Shown here: one piece after another, positions 26,790 through 39,727 of the stretch
Position numbering within the stretch: position 1 is the first letter of the stretch
Layout: the number at the start of each line of letters is the position of its first letter
Assembly: GCA_964016885.1 (NCBI GenBank)
Contig: OZ024748.1
Coordinates: 58,652,001 to 58,716,000 of the forward strand
Source of the DNA: Eledone cirrhosa
Lineage: Eukaryota
Length of the DNA stretch: 64,000 bases
Direction of reading: 5' to 3'
Translations under genes and position numbers: made by a program
Notes under the pieces: model-generated
The model's database searches: none
What the model was told of the DNA's origin: nothing
The model's input: only the letters and a program-made list of their open reading frames with translations

Positions 26790-28944
26790 TGTGTGTGTGA
26801 TGTACATATAATCAAATATAAAGATGGAAATATTAGCTTTTAAATCGTTTTACTATCGTATATAACTTTTCACATACATTTGAACTTTGTATATATATAT
26901 TCTAACTTTGCGCGCGCTCTCTCTCTCTCTCTCTTTGTGTCTCTCGCTCTCTCTCTCGCTCTCTCTTTCTATCTCTCTTTCTATCTCTCTTTCTCTCTCT
27001 TTCTCTCACTCATGTAGATTGATAGGTAGATATAGCGATCTCATTCTTCCTAACTTGTATAATACTCATCATTGTTAGATTCTAATATGTCTGAACCCTG
27101 TCCGCTGCCTTCACTAGTTAGGAGTAGATCTGATCTTTCAAGCTATCTGTATTGATTATATTACTGAACCGTCTATATTCCGTCACCTTATTTTATGAGA
27201 ATTATCTCCTTTAAAGATTTTAAACACTCTTAGATGGAGATTTTATCTCATAATTGCTGGGATAATATCAATTTATTTACGTCTTGCACTTCACTATATT
27301 AAATATATGAGACTCTACCGTGTTTATCGTATCCAAAGTTACATCAAAATGCCTGCAAAGGCATATATATGACTTGTGATCCAATCGACTAATATTTTAT
27401 TTACTTGGCCATCTCGATTGAGGAAGAACCAACATAGACCTGCCATTTTAGTAATATTGAATACTGTATAAAGATTCGTATCAAAACATTAGAATCGATC
27501 TTATTATGTAGGATAGCAACATAAATATCCCCAGAAGAGTGATAGTCAAACGGAATGTTTTCTGTGAAAATATAATCTTTGATATCTAACAATAGATATG
27601 ATATTACCATAGAAACCAGTCTGTATCAATGATTTCTTTTTCAAATATCACTGCCTTCCATCTTCCATCCTTATTTCAAAATACATTTTATCATATCAGG
27701 TCTTGTTTGGTTAAGTATGTCAGATATGAAACTGTTACCATAGTAAATAAGAAACTGAAGTTAAGAAAATGAATTTCAGATTCGATGTTTTCTATATTCA
27801 ATTAAACGTCGCTGAATTTTAGAATGGAACGCGCCTGGAATGTTCTATCTCCAAAGCATTAATTCATCAAATTAAATTGCTTATCCTCTGAAGTTGAACA
27901 TACTTCCAAAAGAATATTAAATGGAGAAAATAATTTATCATTTCTAGCTTTGATATAATATTGAATTCTGCTGTTCTTATATAAAGCCTTAAATGTGTAG
28001 TACATCAATACCAAATAAAATGATCCGTTTGATTAAGATCTTGTCTACACAATTAGGTCTTTCGAGGTTCAATCCCACTATAGGATAATTATATGAAATG
28101 TTTTGTTCTATAAACTATCGCTTATTAGTGAAGAACGTTAGAGGATATCAATGGTGAATACACATACAGCCCACACACACACGCCTCCAACACACCCACA
28201 CACGTATCTGTCCATGTGTGTTTGTGATTTTTATTTAATTCTGTGTTTCTGTATATCAAAAATCGCGACATCTATTTTCAGTCTACAACTTTAAAAGGCA
28301 GATCAATATATAAGTGCCAAACTGAAGTAAATCTTAATATCAAAACGAGCGACTTTACTCTTTAATGCGGTACCCCATCCTTAACATAGTTCAATAACTG
28401 AAGCTAAAAAAATAAAATATTAAATCCCCTGTCAGCCTTTCTACTCCCCCGACTATTTTTATAGCTGTTTCATTCGCAATAATTGTCATGAGATTTGCTT
28501 TCTTGGGAAGAGGGTTTATGTTTAGAGAATTAGTCAATTAGATTGTCCAAATATGATAGCTTTGCTTTGCCAGAAAATTATCTATATTGATTAGGTTTAA
28601 CGACCATCAACAATGTAGAAACATTTATCCCGTTGGGAAACTTATCATCGCAACTAATCGCTTCATTCCTAAACATTAAATAATTCTTTTTTTTATTATA
28701 AATATATCACAAAGTATATAGAATAAAGCATAGAGAATTATCATAATCTAATCTAATGCAGATGAATTTTTTTCAATTTGTATTTGGAGACAATTTGTAT
28801 AGACTGCTAGCCCACTATTGAGGCGTAACGAAGCCCAAGTGTCTTCTTTATAAATCTGCGGTTTTGTGGCATATATAACGACTCTACATAATAGAGGTAG
28901 CCCACTAACATTTACTATCAGACTGTTAAAACTGACTTAAGTAT

Positions 28945-29280
28945 GCCACTATCAGGAGGAAAGACATATGATAAAATTATCAATAAGAAACATATATGGC
29001 AGAACTATCAGGAGGAAAGACACGGTAGACCCCTAGGTAAGAAACATGCGTATATGGTAGAACTATCCGTAGGATAGTTCTACCATATGATAAAACTAGC
29101 GGTAAGAAACATAGATGGCAGACATATCAGTAAGAGCCATTTATAGCAGAACCATCATTAAAAAGGACCATAAATGGTAGAACTCTCAGTAAGAGAGACA
29201 CGTAAACGGTAGGGACCATATCTGGTTGGACCAACAGGAAGAAAGATTATTGTATGTTAATATCAGGAAAAAACATATGG
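28945..29280. repeat. Degenerate tandem repeat
   Basis: Recurrent atatgg(t/c)agaactatcag(g/t)a(a/g)gaaac-like units of roughly 27-30 bp. Confidence 0.7.
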
Positions 29281-29794
29281 TCTAATTTAATTTAATGTTC
29301 AACAATAGGACACAAAATATATGGTAAACCTAATTTAAGTGTGTCACTTTCAGGCAGAAATATATATGACAGTATTTAAGATACACTACAAGCAAACTAC
29401 AATATATATGGTAAGGTAAGTTTAGGTACATCACTACCATGATGCATATTACACATATAACTCACTAATATTTATTTGACTGTTTATAATCATGTCAAAT
29501 AGTTTTCGCCAGTAGACAGGAATGTGGCACTTCGTGAATGTAAACTTCAGTATTGTAGACACTTTGTAGTTTTATATGGGTTTTTGTTATATTATCTTCA
29601 TAACCATTTGCCAGACGTTTACTGCCATCGTATAGTTTGTGGGATTATTTCTTTTTTTTTTCTTTTTCTTTTTGTATTTTCCATCATTTTCCGCCATCTT
29701 GAATATGTAAGCAAACAACTTTAAATACCAAATTCCTGAGTTGTATCCGGCTTTAAATAAGCAGTAATCTACATGAAAGAGACGACAATTCGGA

Positions 29795-30087
29795 TGTGAA
29801 TGATGGTCACGATGACGACGGTGATGGTGACGATGGTGGTGATGGTTACGATGATGGTCGTGGTGATGATGACGGTGGTAATGATGGTCGTGGTGATGAC
29901 GGTCGTGATGATGGTGGTGGTGATGACATTGGTGAAGGTGTTGATGATGACGGTAGTGGTGATGACGACGGGGGTGATGGTGACGACGATGACGGTGATC
30001 GAGATGACGACGATGGTGACGACGATGGTGATAGTGGTGGCGATAATGATGATTAGGTGGAGGAGGATGTTGCTGACGACGAAGATG
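29795..30087. repeat. Imperfect GAT/GAC/GGT trinucleotide tract
   Basis: Read directly; open in three frames as low-complexity peptides. Confidence 0.95.
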
Positions 30088-31074
30088 ATATATTGTCTAG
30101 TTGTGTGTCTTGCTAACACCAAACATCTACTTTGTTTGTGGAAGGCTCAGATATTTGGCTCAACAGAGAACAGCTACATTTTGACGTAGCCAAGTAATAA
30201 TTATATTAATTGGAGCCCAGTTGGAGTCTTACAATAACGATAAACAGAAACAGTGAAGTTTTGTTCATATTTCCTCGTCTGTTCTTCACAATTAGTGTAT
30301 CTTTCTTTCAAAAGACATAGACAAGCAAAGACTGTTATTAGCATTCAGTAACGCTTCCATCATCCTGGAGTTATTTTAATAATATTCCAACAGACTACTA
30401 TGAAGAACTATTCTACAGAAATGAAATATATTGTGTCTAAGTCGATATTATTCCAGTCTTAACTTGTCTATATTTGCTATTGAAATAAAGTTGTGAAATT
30501 ATTTTTGTTTCTTATGAGACATTGTAAATCGTGTGGTTAATGTCGTTTTGAGAAAAGCCAGGACAGTACAATCCAGAAATAAAGAATGTATATTTCTGGG
30601 AAATATCTGAGCTGTATGATCTTACGATGAGAAGTAATGGTGCTTCTGTCGGTCGGACGGCTGGTATTTCAGTTGTTTTATCACGTGAAATGTATGTGTA
30701 CAGGAACTGCCCGATCGTGAAATGTAAGTGTACAGGTCTGGGCATTCCACAAATATTTCTACATTTAACCTAGTTCTCAGGGTGATTCGCCATTACACAA
30801 TAGGTAACATGTCTGTCTCTTGGCTTTGCTTGTACATCACATTTTTTTACCAGTTTAGTAGAGCATAGCAATCTGAAGGAATGTGTTTAGGTAGCGAGCC
30901 CGAGTCTGAGCAAAGAGTGTATTTTATTTTCTGAAGACAAACGTTGAAAATACCTTCAAGTTACGGATTGGTCACATCACCTGAATTCATATAACCGTGC
31001 ATACATACACATTTATACATAGATGTAGATAGTTGGATATGCACATACATACATGCATGCATGCATACATGCAT

Positions 31075-31670
31075 GGTGACTGCCAACTCGTTTTCGAGGA
31101 CGGCCACTACTTTATATCCATGTAGAACCCATACCGATACGCTGAACAAGTGTGACCTTTTAGTCCAGACTTGAAAACTCTGGTACAAACACTACACTTG
31201 TGACAATTATTGACAGATAGTTCTGGGCCCATGGTACCATGTGACAAGTGCAGAGATCTCCAGATATAAAGCAATGCCTGTGCCGTGAAGCTTTTATAGT
31301 GAGCAAAGGCACTGCACAAAGCCAGTCCCACTCTTTTAACCAACATGATATTTACCAAAAAGAACAGGTCAACATCATTGGATACCATCAGAGTTGCAGG
31401 TGTTATATCAGTTTTCCTTCTCCTAGAATTCTGCCTTGACAAAGGCTAAGGGGCCATCTCTCCCGGTGATTTTTGGATGACCATTGACTCTTAAGATCTC
31501 CTTTGACAGGTTTTGTTTTTAGTCCTGCAGGATGTCTAAAGTCACCCTCCTCACCAAGAAACCTTGGTGGGGTTGCCAGTTTAGTCGCCAACGACCCGAC
31601 CATGAGACGGGTTGTACTGGGATAGATGTTACCAGTCGCACCAACTGGTGAACACACCCACACCACACAC
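31075..31670 (-). mobile_element. Possible 5' UTR fragment of an RTE-like LINE
   Basis: GC-richer island; minus strand ggcagaattctaggagaaggaaaact resembles a motif I recall from RTE 5' UTRs; no ORF support. Confidence 0.4.
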
Positions 31671-32458
31671 ATTATGTAGTCGATATTGTGCTATGCAGTC
31701 TTAAGACTGTTGAAAGTAATCTTAATATATTGTATGAAATGTGTTCTCTTCAAATGCATTTACCTTATAAATCTCTATTTGTTCGCATTCGTATATGTAT
31801 ATCTCTGGAAATGTAGGATATTTCCGCCATAACAATCCACATATCACTTAACCTTCGGCGGAAATAATCTGAAAAGTAGCCAAGTCTCTATCGAACTGGT
31901 TTTCTGTTCTTTGCTTTTCTTTCAGCTTAATACAAATCCGCCGTAAATTTCAATATTCCCGATATACATAAGGTTCTCTCACCAACATAAATTTAGACGT
32001 GGCTCACACGCACCAAGCGACATACAATAAGGAAAGTAAACGCGCTGCGAAAAAGGATTTTAGATATAATTGATGAGACAAGAAGGATAATTACCTCGTC
32101 TACCTGGTTTATTATATTATTATTCATATTAATTCCTAACGTGAACACTAGAACAAAGAATACATAAACGATAAATGCAGTCGACTGAAGTTTGTCAGAC
32201 GGTTCTCAGTTAAATTAGTGACATAAGTTGTGAATAATAAGTATAGAGCGTGATTAAATATCGGCTACAATCTCTGACTACTGGGAATTTTCAAACCTCA
32301 ACGGCGCCATCAATAACTCTTCATAATTCATAAATTTCTTCTGACAGATTCATCACTGAACCCCCAAGAATCTCTGACTTTGAAAGAAAAATAACATCCG
32401 TCACAAAGTAAATATTTTGTTGTTGTCTTTTAACATATTTTAAAATATTTTGAAATTA

Positions 32459-32507
<49 letters not shown>

Positions 32508-32668
32508 CTACCAAAATATACGGTAGTGTCCAATCCGTATGAAGAACTAAATGTAATCCAAATATCATGAAAAGAGAACATGCATTCAAAGATGTTCGAT
32601 GAAAATCATAGGAAAACAGTCAAGTTAAATTAATAAAAACAATGAAAAAGTTCCTTATATTAAAAAAT

Positions 32669-32802
32669 TCATCATTTTACGATCGTTTCTAGAATGTATG
32701 TGTGTTGGTATGTTTATCATATAGATCTATGTAAAAATATTACAAATTATCAGAGGAAATATACATATGTTCACATATACACGCTGTCTTCAGAAATGAT
32801 GA
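32669..32802 (-). ncRNA. Type I hammerhead ribozyme in the Penelope 3' repeat
   Basis: tcatcattt-CTGAAGA(32793-32787)-cagcgtgtatatgtg..cacacatacattcta-GAAAC-GATC-GTA-aaatgatga; 9-bp stem I, 12 of 15 pairs in stem II, palindromic stem III. Confidence 0.85.
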
Positions 32803-33342
32803 TTTGTTTATTGAAAAAAAAAACAAGATTTTATATAAAAGGTCTGTTTGGGAACAGGTTTTGAATTGACCAATAGAAAAGTAGTTAGAGGTGAGGTTGA
32901 TAAAATAGTGGTGGTAGAAATTTAATTTAGGGGTAGAGGAGTGCAGACTTATGTTTTGAATGAAAAGAATACTTTGAATGAAAAGAATACTTTGGGGGTG
33001 AAAAGGGGTCAAGCCAGTGAAGGGTACATGACAATTTGATGTTATTAAAGAATGTTAAAAACGAAGGAAAATAAAATTTTGGGATAAGGGTAGTAGTGAG
33101 AAATACCAATCTTATATAAACTACAAGGAATCTAGATTCATAACAGGAAATTAAATTAATTTATAGGTATACTTTTAGGTATTAATTTTAGGAAAAGAGA
33201 GCTGTAAGAGGGAAATAAAATTGTTCTCTGTAGTAAAGTACTAACTATTGGTTAACTAAATTTTTAAAAAAATAATTATATGTAAAATATAAGTGTAACG
33301 TGTATATTAATTAGGTTTATAATATTTGAAGGTTCTTATAAT

Positions 33343-34598
33343 TCTATGAGTGCAAGATATAATTAATTCCTGTCGCTTATTTAATAGGATATATATCCTT
33401 AGATTTCATGATTTCAAAAAGTTCCTGGGATCATAACCTACAGCCAAGGATGTTGTATTAGCTATAATTATTGTTTCAGCCAAGGATGTTGTATTAGCTC
33501 ATGCGGCATTTTTAAAACTATCTTTGTGGGTATTAAATCTTACTTTAAATTGGTTAGACGTAGCTCCTATATATGAATAAGTGGAGTCCTTAGTGCTAAT
33601 TTTACATTTATAGACTGTTATTAATAAGACAATTTCCCTTTAATGGGCAATTTCTTTTGATTCTACAGTTACAACCTTTCGTGAATATTATATCAGGGGA
33701 GTTAGTCAAATTTGGTGTGGAATTTACTCGACTTGTTATAAGTGAAGGAGATGGTGGTTTGTTGCGGTTTATTTTAGTATTATGGTTGGTTTGATGTGTT
33801 GGTGGTATATTTGTCGGTTTTTTTTTTTTTACATTTATATGCGTTGTACGCACTTATATTTTGTTGTATATTTTTGGTAGTGGAGTAAGAAAATTTGACA
33901 CTTGATCTATTTAAAATTTGATGGTATTTATGGTTTAACGGGAAGTTTTTGTCTAGGATAATAAAAAACTTTTTAGGGATATTATCTTTAATTTGTAGAT
34001 ATATATTATATATAGGTTTAGTTAGATTAACTGATTTAGGTGTTTTAGTCTGATTACTAGGAATGTTGTTAGTAATGTTAACATATATTGGAGTATTAGG
34101 ATGAATGGTTTTTTGAAAGTCATATTTTATGTGAGAAGAGGTAGAGAAATTAAGTTTTAGGTTGGTGTTTTTAGGTGTAGTGTGAGTGGCATTTAGGTGT
34201 GGGTTTTTCATTTGGTGTTTGTTGGTAATATTGGGTTGTATGTTTGAAGTATTATTGGTGCAAGGTATATAGACTAATTTGTTTCTGTGGCCGCTTATAG
34301 CTAAAGCTTCGTTATAAAAGGGCGCATTTTTATCGAATACATCCTGGTTAGATGAAAGGTTAGAGATTCTGAGTAAGATATTATATGCTAGGTTTTTAAG
34401 GATAGATCTAGGGTGATTGGATTGTGAGTGTATGTAATGTAAGTTTTGGTTAGGTTTATGGTAAGGTTGGTAGATACTCGTAGATAGGTCTAAGGTTATA
34501 TCTAGGAAATTGACTATTTTATTGGTATTTTCAAATGTAATAGTGAGATTGTAATAGTCTTTGAGGAAAGTTCTAATAAGTCTTTTCTTTTTTTTCAT
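33343..34598 (-). pseudogene. Disrupted Penelope RT-thumb / GIY-YIG endonuclease ORF
   Basis: VNFLDITLDL, YIHSQSNHP, RISNLSS, KFSYS, CNCRIKRNCPLKGNC, VYKC..SYIGATSNQFKVRFNTHKDSF and C-terminal LLNKRQELIISCTHR; frameshifts and deletions. Confidence 0.93.
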
Positions 34599-34672
34599 TT
34601 TCTGATAGGGTACTGGAATTTCAGAAGGAAAACTGGACTAGAAATACATATAGTAATCTCTGCGACATTACT

Positions 34673-34819
34673 TTGGTAATTTGGGCGGAATCACTAGAGC
34701 CCAATCTTAATTTATATTTTCCCCACCTTAAAAGTGGTTTATATCGTGATGACTGTCTTCTTCTTTCCACTAATCTTAGCCTATCAGAAATTGAAAAAAA
34801 TAAAAAACTTTTTAGAACT
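34673..34819 (+). pseudogene. Inverted Penelope RT catalytic fragment (YRDD)
   Basis: SGLYRDDCLLL...LSEIEKNKKLFRT; 34780-34819 duplicates 34569-34609 in inverted orientation. Confidence 0.85.
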
Positions 34820-35330
34820 CAGACAATAAAGGGCCGTAACTCTTTGCTGCAAAGCATGTTGTCCGACCCCCTACCGATACTGGCAATCCACCGCCCTTAC
34901 CCATAACTAATCTTAACTGGGAGCTGTAGCATTAGTTTGTAGTGATAGATAAAACGGAACCCACTTGTTACAATATCATTCTTTAATGTAGAGTATAAGT
35001 CCGTGTTAGGTTCAAATCCTGCAGATGTTGATTTCGCTTTTCATCCATATGGGGCCCGTAAAATAAAGTACCAGTATCCCACAGGGGTCCGTTTAATCGA
35101 TCTTCTCCCCCCCCCCTCAAAAAAAGAATTGTGGGCATTTTGCTCCAATCAGAAACCGTTATTATAACTCCCTGTAAGGGCGATGTATTGGCAGTCTCTG
35201 TTGAGTGTCGGATAACATGCTTCACTGCATAGTTACATCCCTTTGCGTTCTAATTTCAAATCCCACCGAGGTTAGCCTTGCTTTTCATCTTTTCGGGGTC
35301 GATAAAATAAAGTACCAGTAATGCACTAAA
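34815..35330. mobile_element. SINE cluster: minus-strand head 34815-34897 and plus-strand copies ~35000-35165 and ~35177-35330
   Basis: Matches to the main SINE head, B-box and gtcgataaaataaagtaccagt core. Confidence 0.85.
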
Positions 35331-35401
35331 TCAGAAACTATTATAACTACTTGTCAAACTCGATAAAGAAAAGAAAACTCCCGATTCAAGAAATATAACA
35401 T

Positions 35402-35594
35402 CAGACCTCCCAACTCTCCTCGTCCGACGGGGAGATTTCCTACCCACTTTGGGGTGAGTGAGAGATGTCTTCACTGTGAAAAGGATATAGCTTTCCTGAT
35501 GTAAAATCTTTCCATTTTGCCTCATTTCTAACCGGTTGGGGGCATATCGTTTCATGGTTCTCCCCGTTAGGGCTTTTAGAGTTTGGTAGGTCTG
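35402..35594. mobile_element. MITE, 6-bp TSD family
   Basis: taacat|CAGACCTCCCAACTCT...AGAGTTTGGTAGGTCTG|taatat (5/6 TSD match). Confidence 0.8.
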
Positions 35595-37669
35595 TAATAT
35601 GCATATTAGGAAATTACATTTCGGTGTTTTCGAACCAGATTTTATCAACAACTTTGCTGCTTTCAATTATTTTGTTTCACAGTGACTGAAATTATAGAAA
35701 GCCGCCTCTAGTACACAGAGCAAATAAAGCGACATGAAAGGGTATTTCTATATTCACACTAGCTCTCTATCAGTTTCATTTTGAATTGAATACTGTGACC
35801 CTCTGTGTTTATACCTTCGTCCTCAATTAGAGAATACTAAGAAAATGTGTTTGGTATTCTCAGCCCTATTCTCTTGCATAACAACGCCTGGAATATACCT
35901 GTATCTTTTAATCATATAGATCCCAAATACTTGATATATATTCGTTTCTTATATCCAGAGAGAATGAAACACGACATTTATCTCGGCGAGTTTTGAACTT
36001 AGATCTTAAAAGACCAAAAATAAATACTGCAAATCCGACTCTATAACGAGCCTTCTAATTTCACTGCGTTGATATTAAAACACTGATACACACAAGTGGT
36101 TATATATGCTCATATTTGAAATAAGTGTCGTTATTTATTACTCTAGTATACTTCTGACTTAAATTATACATAGGTTTGACATCTTTATAGAAGTGTATTT
36201 GATGTTCTGTAAGACAAACGAGAAAGTTAGCAAAATATTATAACTATTGCCTCTGAAAATGTATACAAAATGAGTTATTATATTACACATATACGCTGAA
36301 ATAGTTGTTCCATGATTTAGTTACAAAAATAATTTCCATAAATTTAAATAACTTGCTTAAGTGTTAGGCACAATAGACAGTCTTTCATGTTACCGTCTAG
36401 CCTACAAAACAAAATTAGTAACGTAAATACGATAGCCTCTCGTTTTAAGATGGAAATTTGTTTACGGTGTATACTTTGGTGAAAGCAAAAAGAGAACATT
36501 TACAGGCAAAATAGAAAGGATTCCATCAACTGATAGTAGTATATTCTTAACGATAATAATCTTATTCTCAAAGGAGGAAAGAGAAAGAATGGAACATTGT
36601 ATTGTGTGATATTCAGCAAATAACTTTGGAATGTTTACCATAAATTTCAATATCTATATAGCTTTCTAGAGAATGGTGAGTGGCATGTATATTATTCAAG
36701 CCGTTCTCAAATAACGGGAAAGTTATTGTATACAAATGGTAATGGACGTTGCTTTGGTCTGTTGTTTTGTGGGAGATAGTAAGTGTAAAAGAATAGAACA
36801 TATTTTATTTATGACAAACATAAACTTTCACATTAATAGAATCATTACTTGCCTGCATCAAACTGTAACATTTCCATTAAGCCAGATGTCTTTAAGATCA
36901 CCAATTCTTAGAAAATAGATTATACATCATTGGTTATGCAATGATTGTGAAACTAACTGTTTTCGCGCATCCCACAGTTTTTACAAATAAAAGAAAAACA
37001 AACTTGAGCAAAATATTTAACGTTAATAACATTGTAAGAGACAATACGATAAGGAGAACTTAAATAGTATAAGAGAATGAACAGAAATCATTCATGTATA
37101 TAGCAATCATATTTTGATAGATTATCACTGTGGAGAGACACTGGTTTCTAAGTCAATGGGCTACAGACAATCGACTGGATATGTATCTCTTCGGTACTGC
37201 TATTATAGATATAGTTATGAATATTAGCAGCAATATTTTCGGAACACGCCATTGTTTTTTTTTTATAAATGTTCTCTCTTCCAACAACAGAAATATTGGA
37301 AATAAAACTAATTTTATGTGGTGCCATATTCATTATACAATCAATTGCAATCTGTTGTCAATATTGTTAAATCATAACTACATTCATTTGTTATTCTAAT
37401 ATCTAATAGTGGTGGTGATGGGTGGGGAGGAGAGGCAAGGACGGAAGAGTTATTTTAATACACCAGAATGAATATAGTAAGAGTGTGGGTGATAGTGGTT
37501 GTAGCAGAAATGCCGAAATCTTTATAATTACTTGTCTCTCTCTTATATAGTGTGAGTATGTCTATGTATGTATATATGTTATCTCATTCTCTTAATTTCG
37601 AGTATATTTTTTTGACCGGCCACCTTCCTAGTGGCAAGGTTGTAAAAGAAAAGAAAAGAAAAGAAATTG

Positions 37670-37843
37670 TCATCCCTTGAATCGCAAGAATGTTTTGCAA
37701 ATGTTGAAGGTGCCAGCTTTCGCAACCATTTGTAGACTATGAATTAGGGAGCTGCGCTTTTTGTCCGCAAATCCAAGTTCAGTCATACTTTGGTCCAAGC
37801 GGGTTGGTATATAACCCGTAGCTCCAATAATGATGGGTATGTG
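37670..37843 (-). pseudogene. C-terminus of an R4/Dong-like non-LTR retrotransposon restriction-like endonuclease
   Basis: Manual translation HIPIIIGATGYIPTRLDQSMTELGFADKKRSSLIHSLQMVAKAGTFNICKTFLRFKG*; PIIIGAxG..LQ..A..GT..I..FL pattern; absent from the ORF track. Confidence 0.75.
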
Positions 37844-38054
37844 GGGGGGGGGACGCAGGCAGGCATTGTACCAGTAAAACTCTTCACCGAATTGCGAAAC
37901 AGTTCTACCCTAAAGCTGTCTGGATGTTTAATAGTTATCATAGTAGGTTTGTATACCTTGATTTATCCTTTTTGAGTTTTATGAACGGTACTATCTTTAG
38001 TCAGTATTTTCGTCTCCCTGGCGTTTTCTGCCCCTTGTGATTTGACCGTATGTA

Positions 38055-38094
<40 letters not shown>

Positions 38095-38322
38095 AAATCT
38101 TATCTTCTTATTGCCTCCTCCTTATTGAGGACGCCTTTTTATGTAAACTCCCTCCATTGTACTTGTCCCACTTTTTTATGCCCTGGTGGCAAATAAAAAG
38201 AAAGTTATATATATATTTAATCTGTGTTCGTCTCTCTTTACTGTGTTATAGCGCCCGGAATTTTTTTTTTCTTGAGCTAATTTCATTGTAAGGGACTATT
38301 GTGAATGTTTAACTCTCTCTCG

Positions 38323-38355
<33 letters not shown>

Positions 38356-38646
38356 AGTGGGGGCACAAGGGAAAAAGGGCAGTCCCGTCTCCACAGTCGA
38401 CTCCTGTAAATCAACACGGTTTCGGTGTATTACGACATAACAAAACAGGCAGACAAGTTATGCAAATTACACAAACATAGCGTGCGCAGCAGCTTAACCA
38501 AATGAGAAAAAATATGAAAAGGAGAAAATAGTAAAACATGAGAGAATACGAACTGTAGTCCAAGGGTGAGACAAAGGAAACTGAGGCGTAGAACGGTAAG
38601 AAGGGTGAATAGAAGAAAGCAGGCCGAGCGGTAATGTCTATTATAG

Positions 38647-38710
<64 letters not shown>

Positions 38711-38804
38711 CATTTGCTTCTACAGAGCTAGACTGGTTCATTCAGGAGAAATCATTCCTGATGATTTCTCTCGAACGAAACACTTCTAGTCCTGTAGAAG
38801 CCAT
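38711..38804. repeat. Short imperfect hairpin element in (TA)n
   Basis: gcttctacag/ctgtagaagc outer pair and gagaaatcat/atgatttctc inner pair. Confidence 0.75.
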
Positions 38805-38837
38805 GTCTATATTGACACACACACGCACATTTATATA

Positions 38838-39727
38838 CGAGGTGTGTCAGAAAAGTTCCAGGACTGATGTCACAACAGATTTATTTCAAACCCAAACTTC
38901 GCACTAAGAGTTTTCTCCTTCAATGTAATCCTCCTGGAGTATGCAACTGTAATCTTAGCTCTCTGCAGCCATAAAACTTTTTTCTACATAATTTTATATA
39001 CATATCCTCTGTTTCGTGTCGTCAAGCAATGAGCACAGAGCAACGAACGAACTTAAACTCCGTCAGAAGCATTGGGGTTGCTGCAGCAAGTGTATAGAGA
39101 TCAGACGATCTCACGCTCACGTGTTTTTTAGTGTTGCAAGAGGTTTAAAGCAGGTCGCGAGGACGTGGAAGATGACCGCCAGGAGCGGAAGGTCCTCAAC
39201 AACCAGGACTGAGGTCAACGTTGAGCGCGTCAGGCAGATGGTGCGTAGCGATCGTCGGCTGACTGGTGGCAAATGAGCTGGGCATGAATCGGGACAGCGT
39301 CTGGAAGATTCTCACTGAAAATTTGAACAAGCGGAAAGTCTGCGCGAAGATGGTGCTAAAAACTGCTGAACGATGGCCGGAAGGGTCGATGCATTCAAGT
39401 GCGCTAGGACATCCTCGAGCGTCTTGAAACCGAATCAGACTTGCTAGGGACAGTCATCACCGGAGTGATTGATCTTCGAGTACGACTCTCGGGGGGGGGG
39501 GGGCCGTTTGGAAGACGTGGACGACATCAAAAAGGCCGTGACGACAGAACTGCGGAGGATCCCGGAAAAATCCTTCCAGGAGTGCATGCAAGCGTGGCAT
39601 AAAAAGGATGGAAAAGTGTATTAGACTCCAGGGGCATTATTTTGAAGGAGAAAATCCCTAGTGTGAAGTTTGGGTTTGAAATAAATCTTTTGTGTCAGCA
39701 GTCCTGGAACTTTTCTGACCCACCTCG
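38838..39727 (+). mobile_element. Internally deleted mariner element with ~100-bp inverted ends
   Basis: TA|CGAGG..CCTCG|TA; remnants KRFKAGREDVEDD, RSGRSST, SDRRLT, RKVCAKMV, TVITG, KCIRLQGHYFEG; most of the DDD domain is missing. Confidence 0.95.

Larger units (their letters stand above)
32500..34820 (-). mobile_element. 5'-truncated Penelope-like retroelement (Neptune-type) with inverted 5' piece
   Basis: RT C-terminus, Cys-rich linker and GIY-YIG remnants, then a 3' UTR with a hammerhead ending at a (TA)n tract. Confidence 0.92.

Noticed and set aside
29796-30189. Asp/Gly-rich or Met/Val-rich ORFs
   Set aside because: Trinucleotide repeat open in several frames with no non-repetitive coding context
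30925-30965. CTGAAGA-caaacgtt-GAAA motif
   Set aside because: Only short AU/GU stems; expected by chance in AT-rich DNA
38745-38790. CTGATGA...GAAAC motif
   Set aside because: No stem I; explained by the surrounding palindrome
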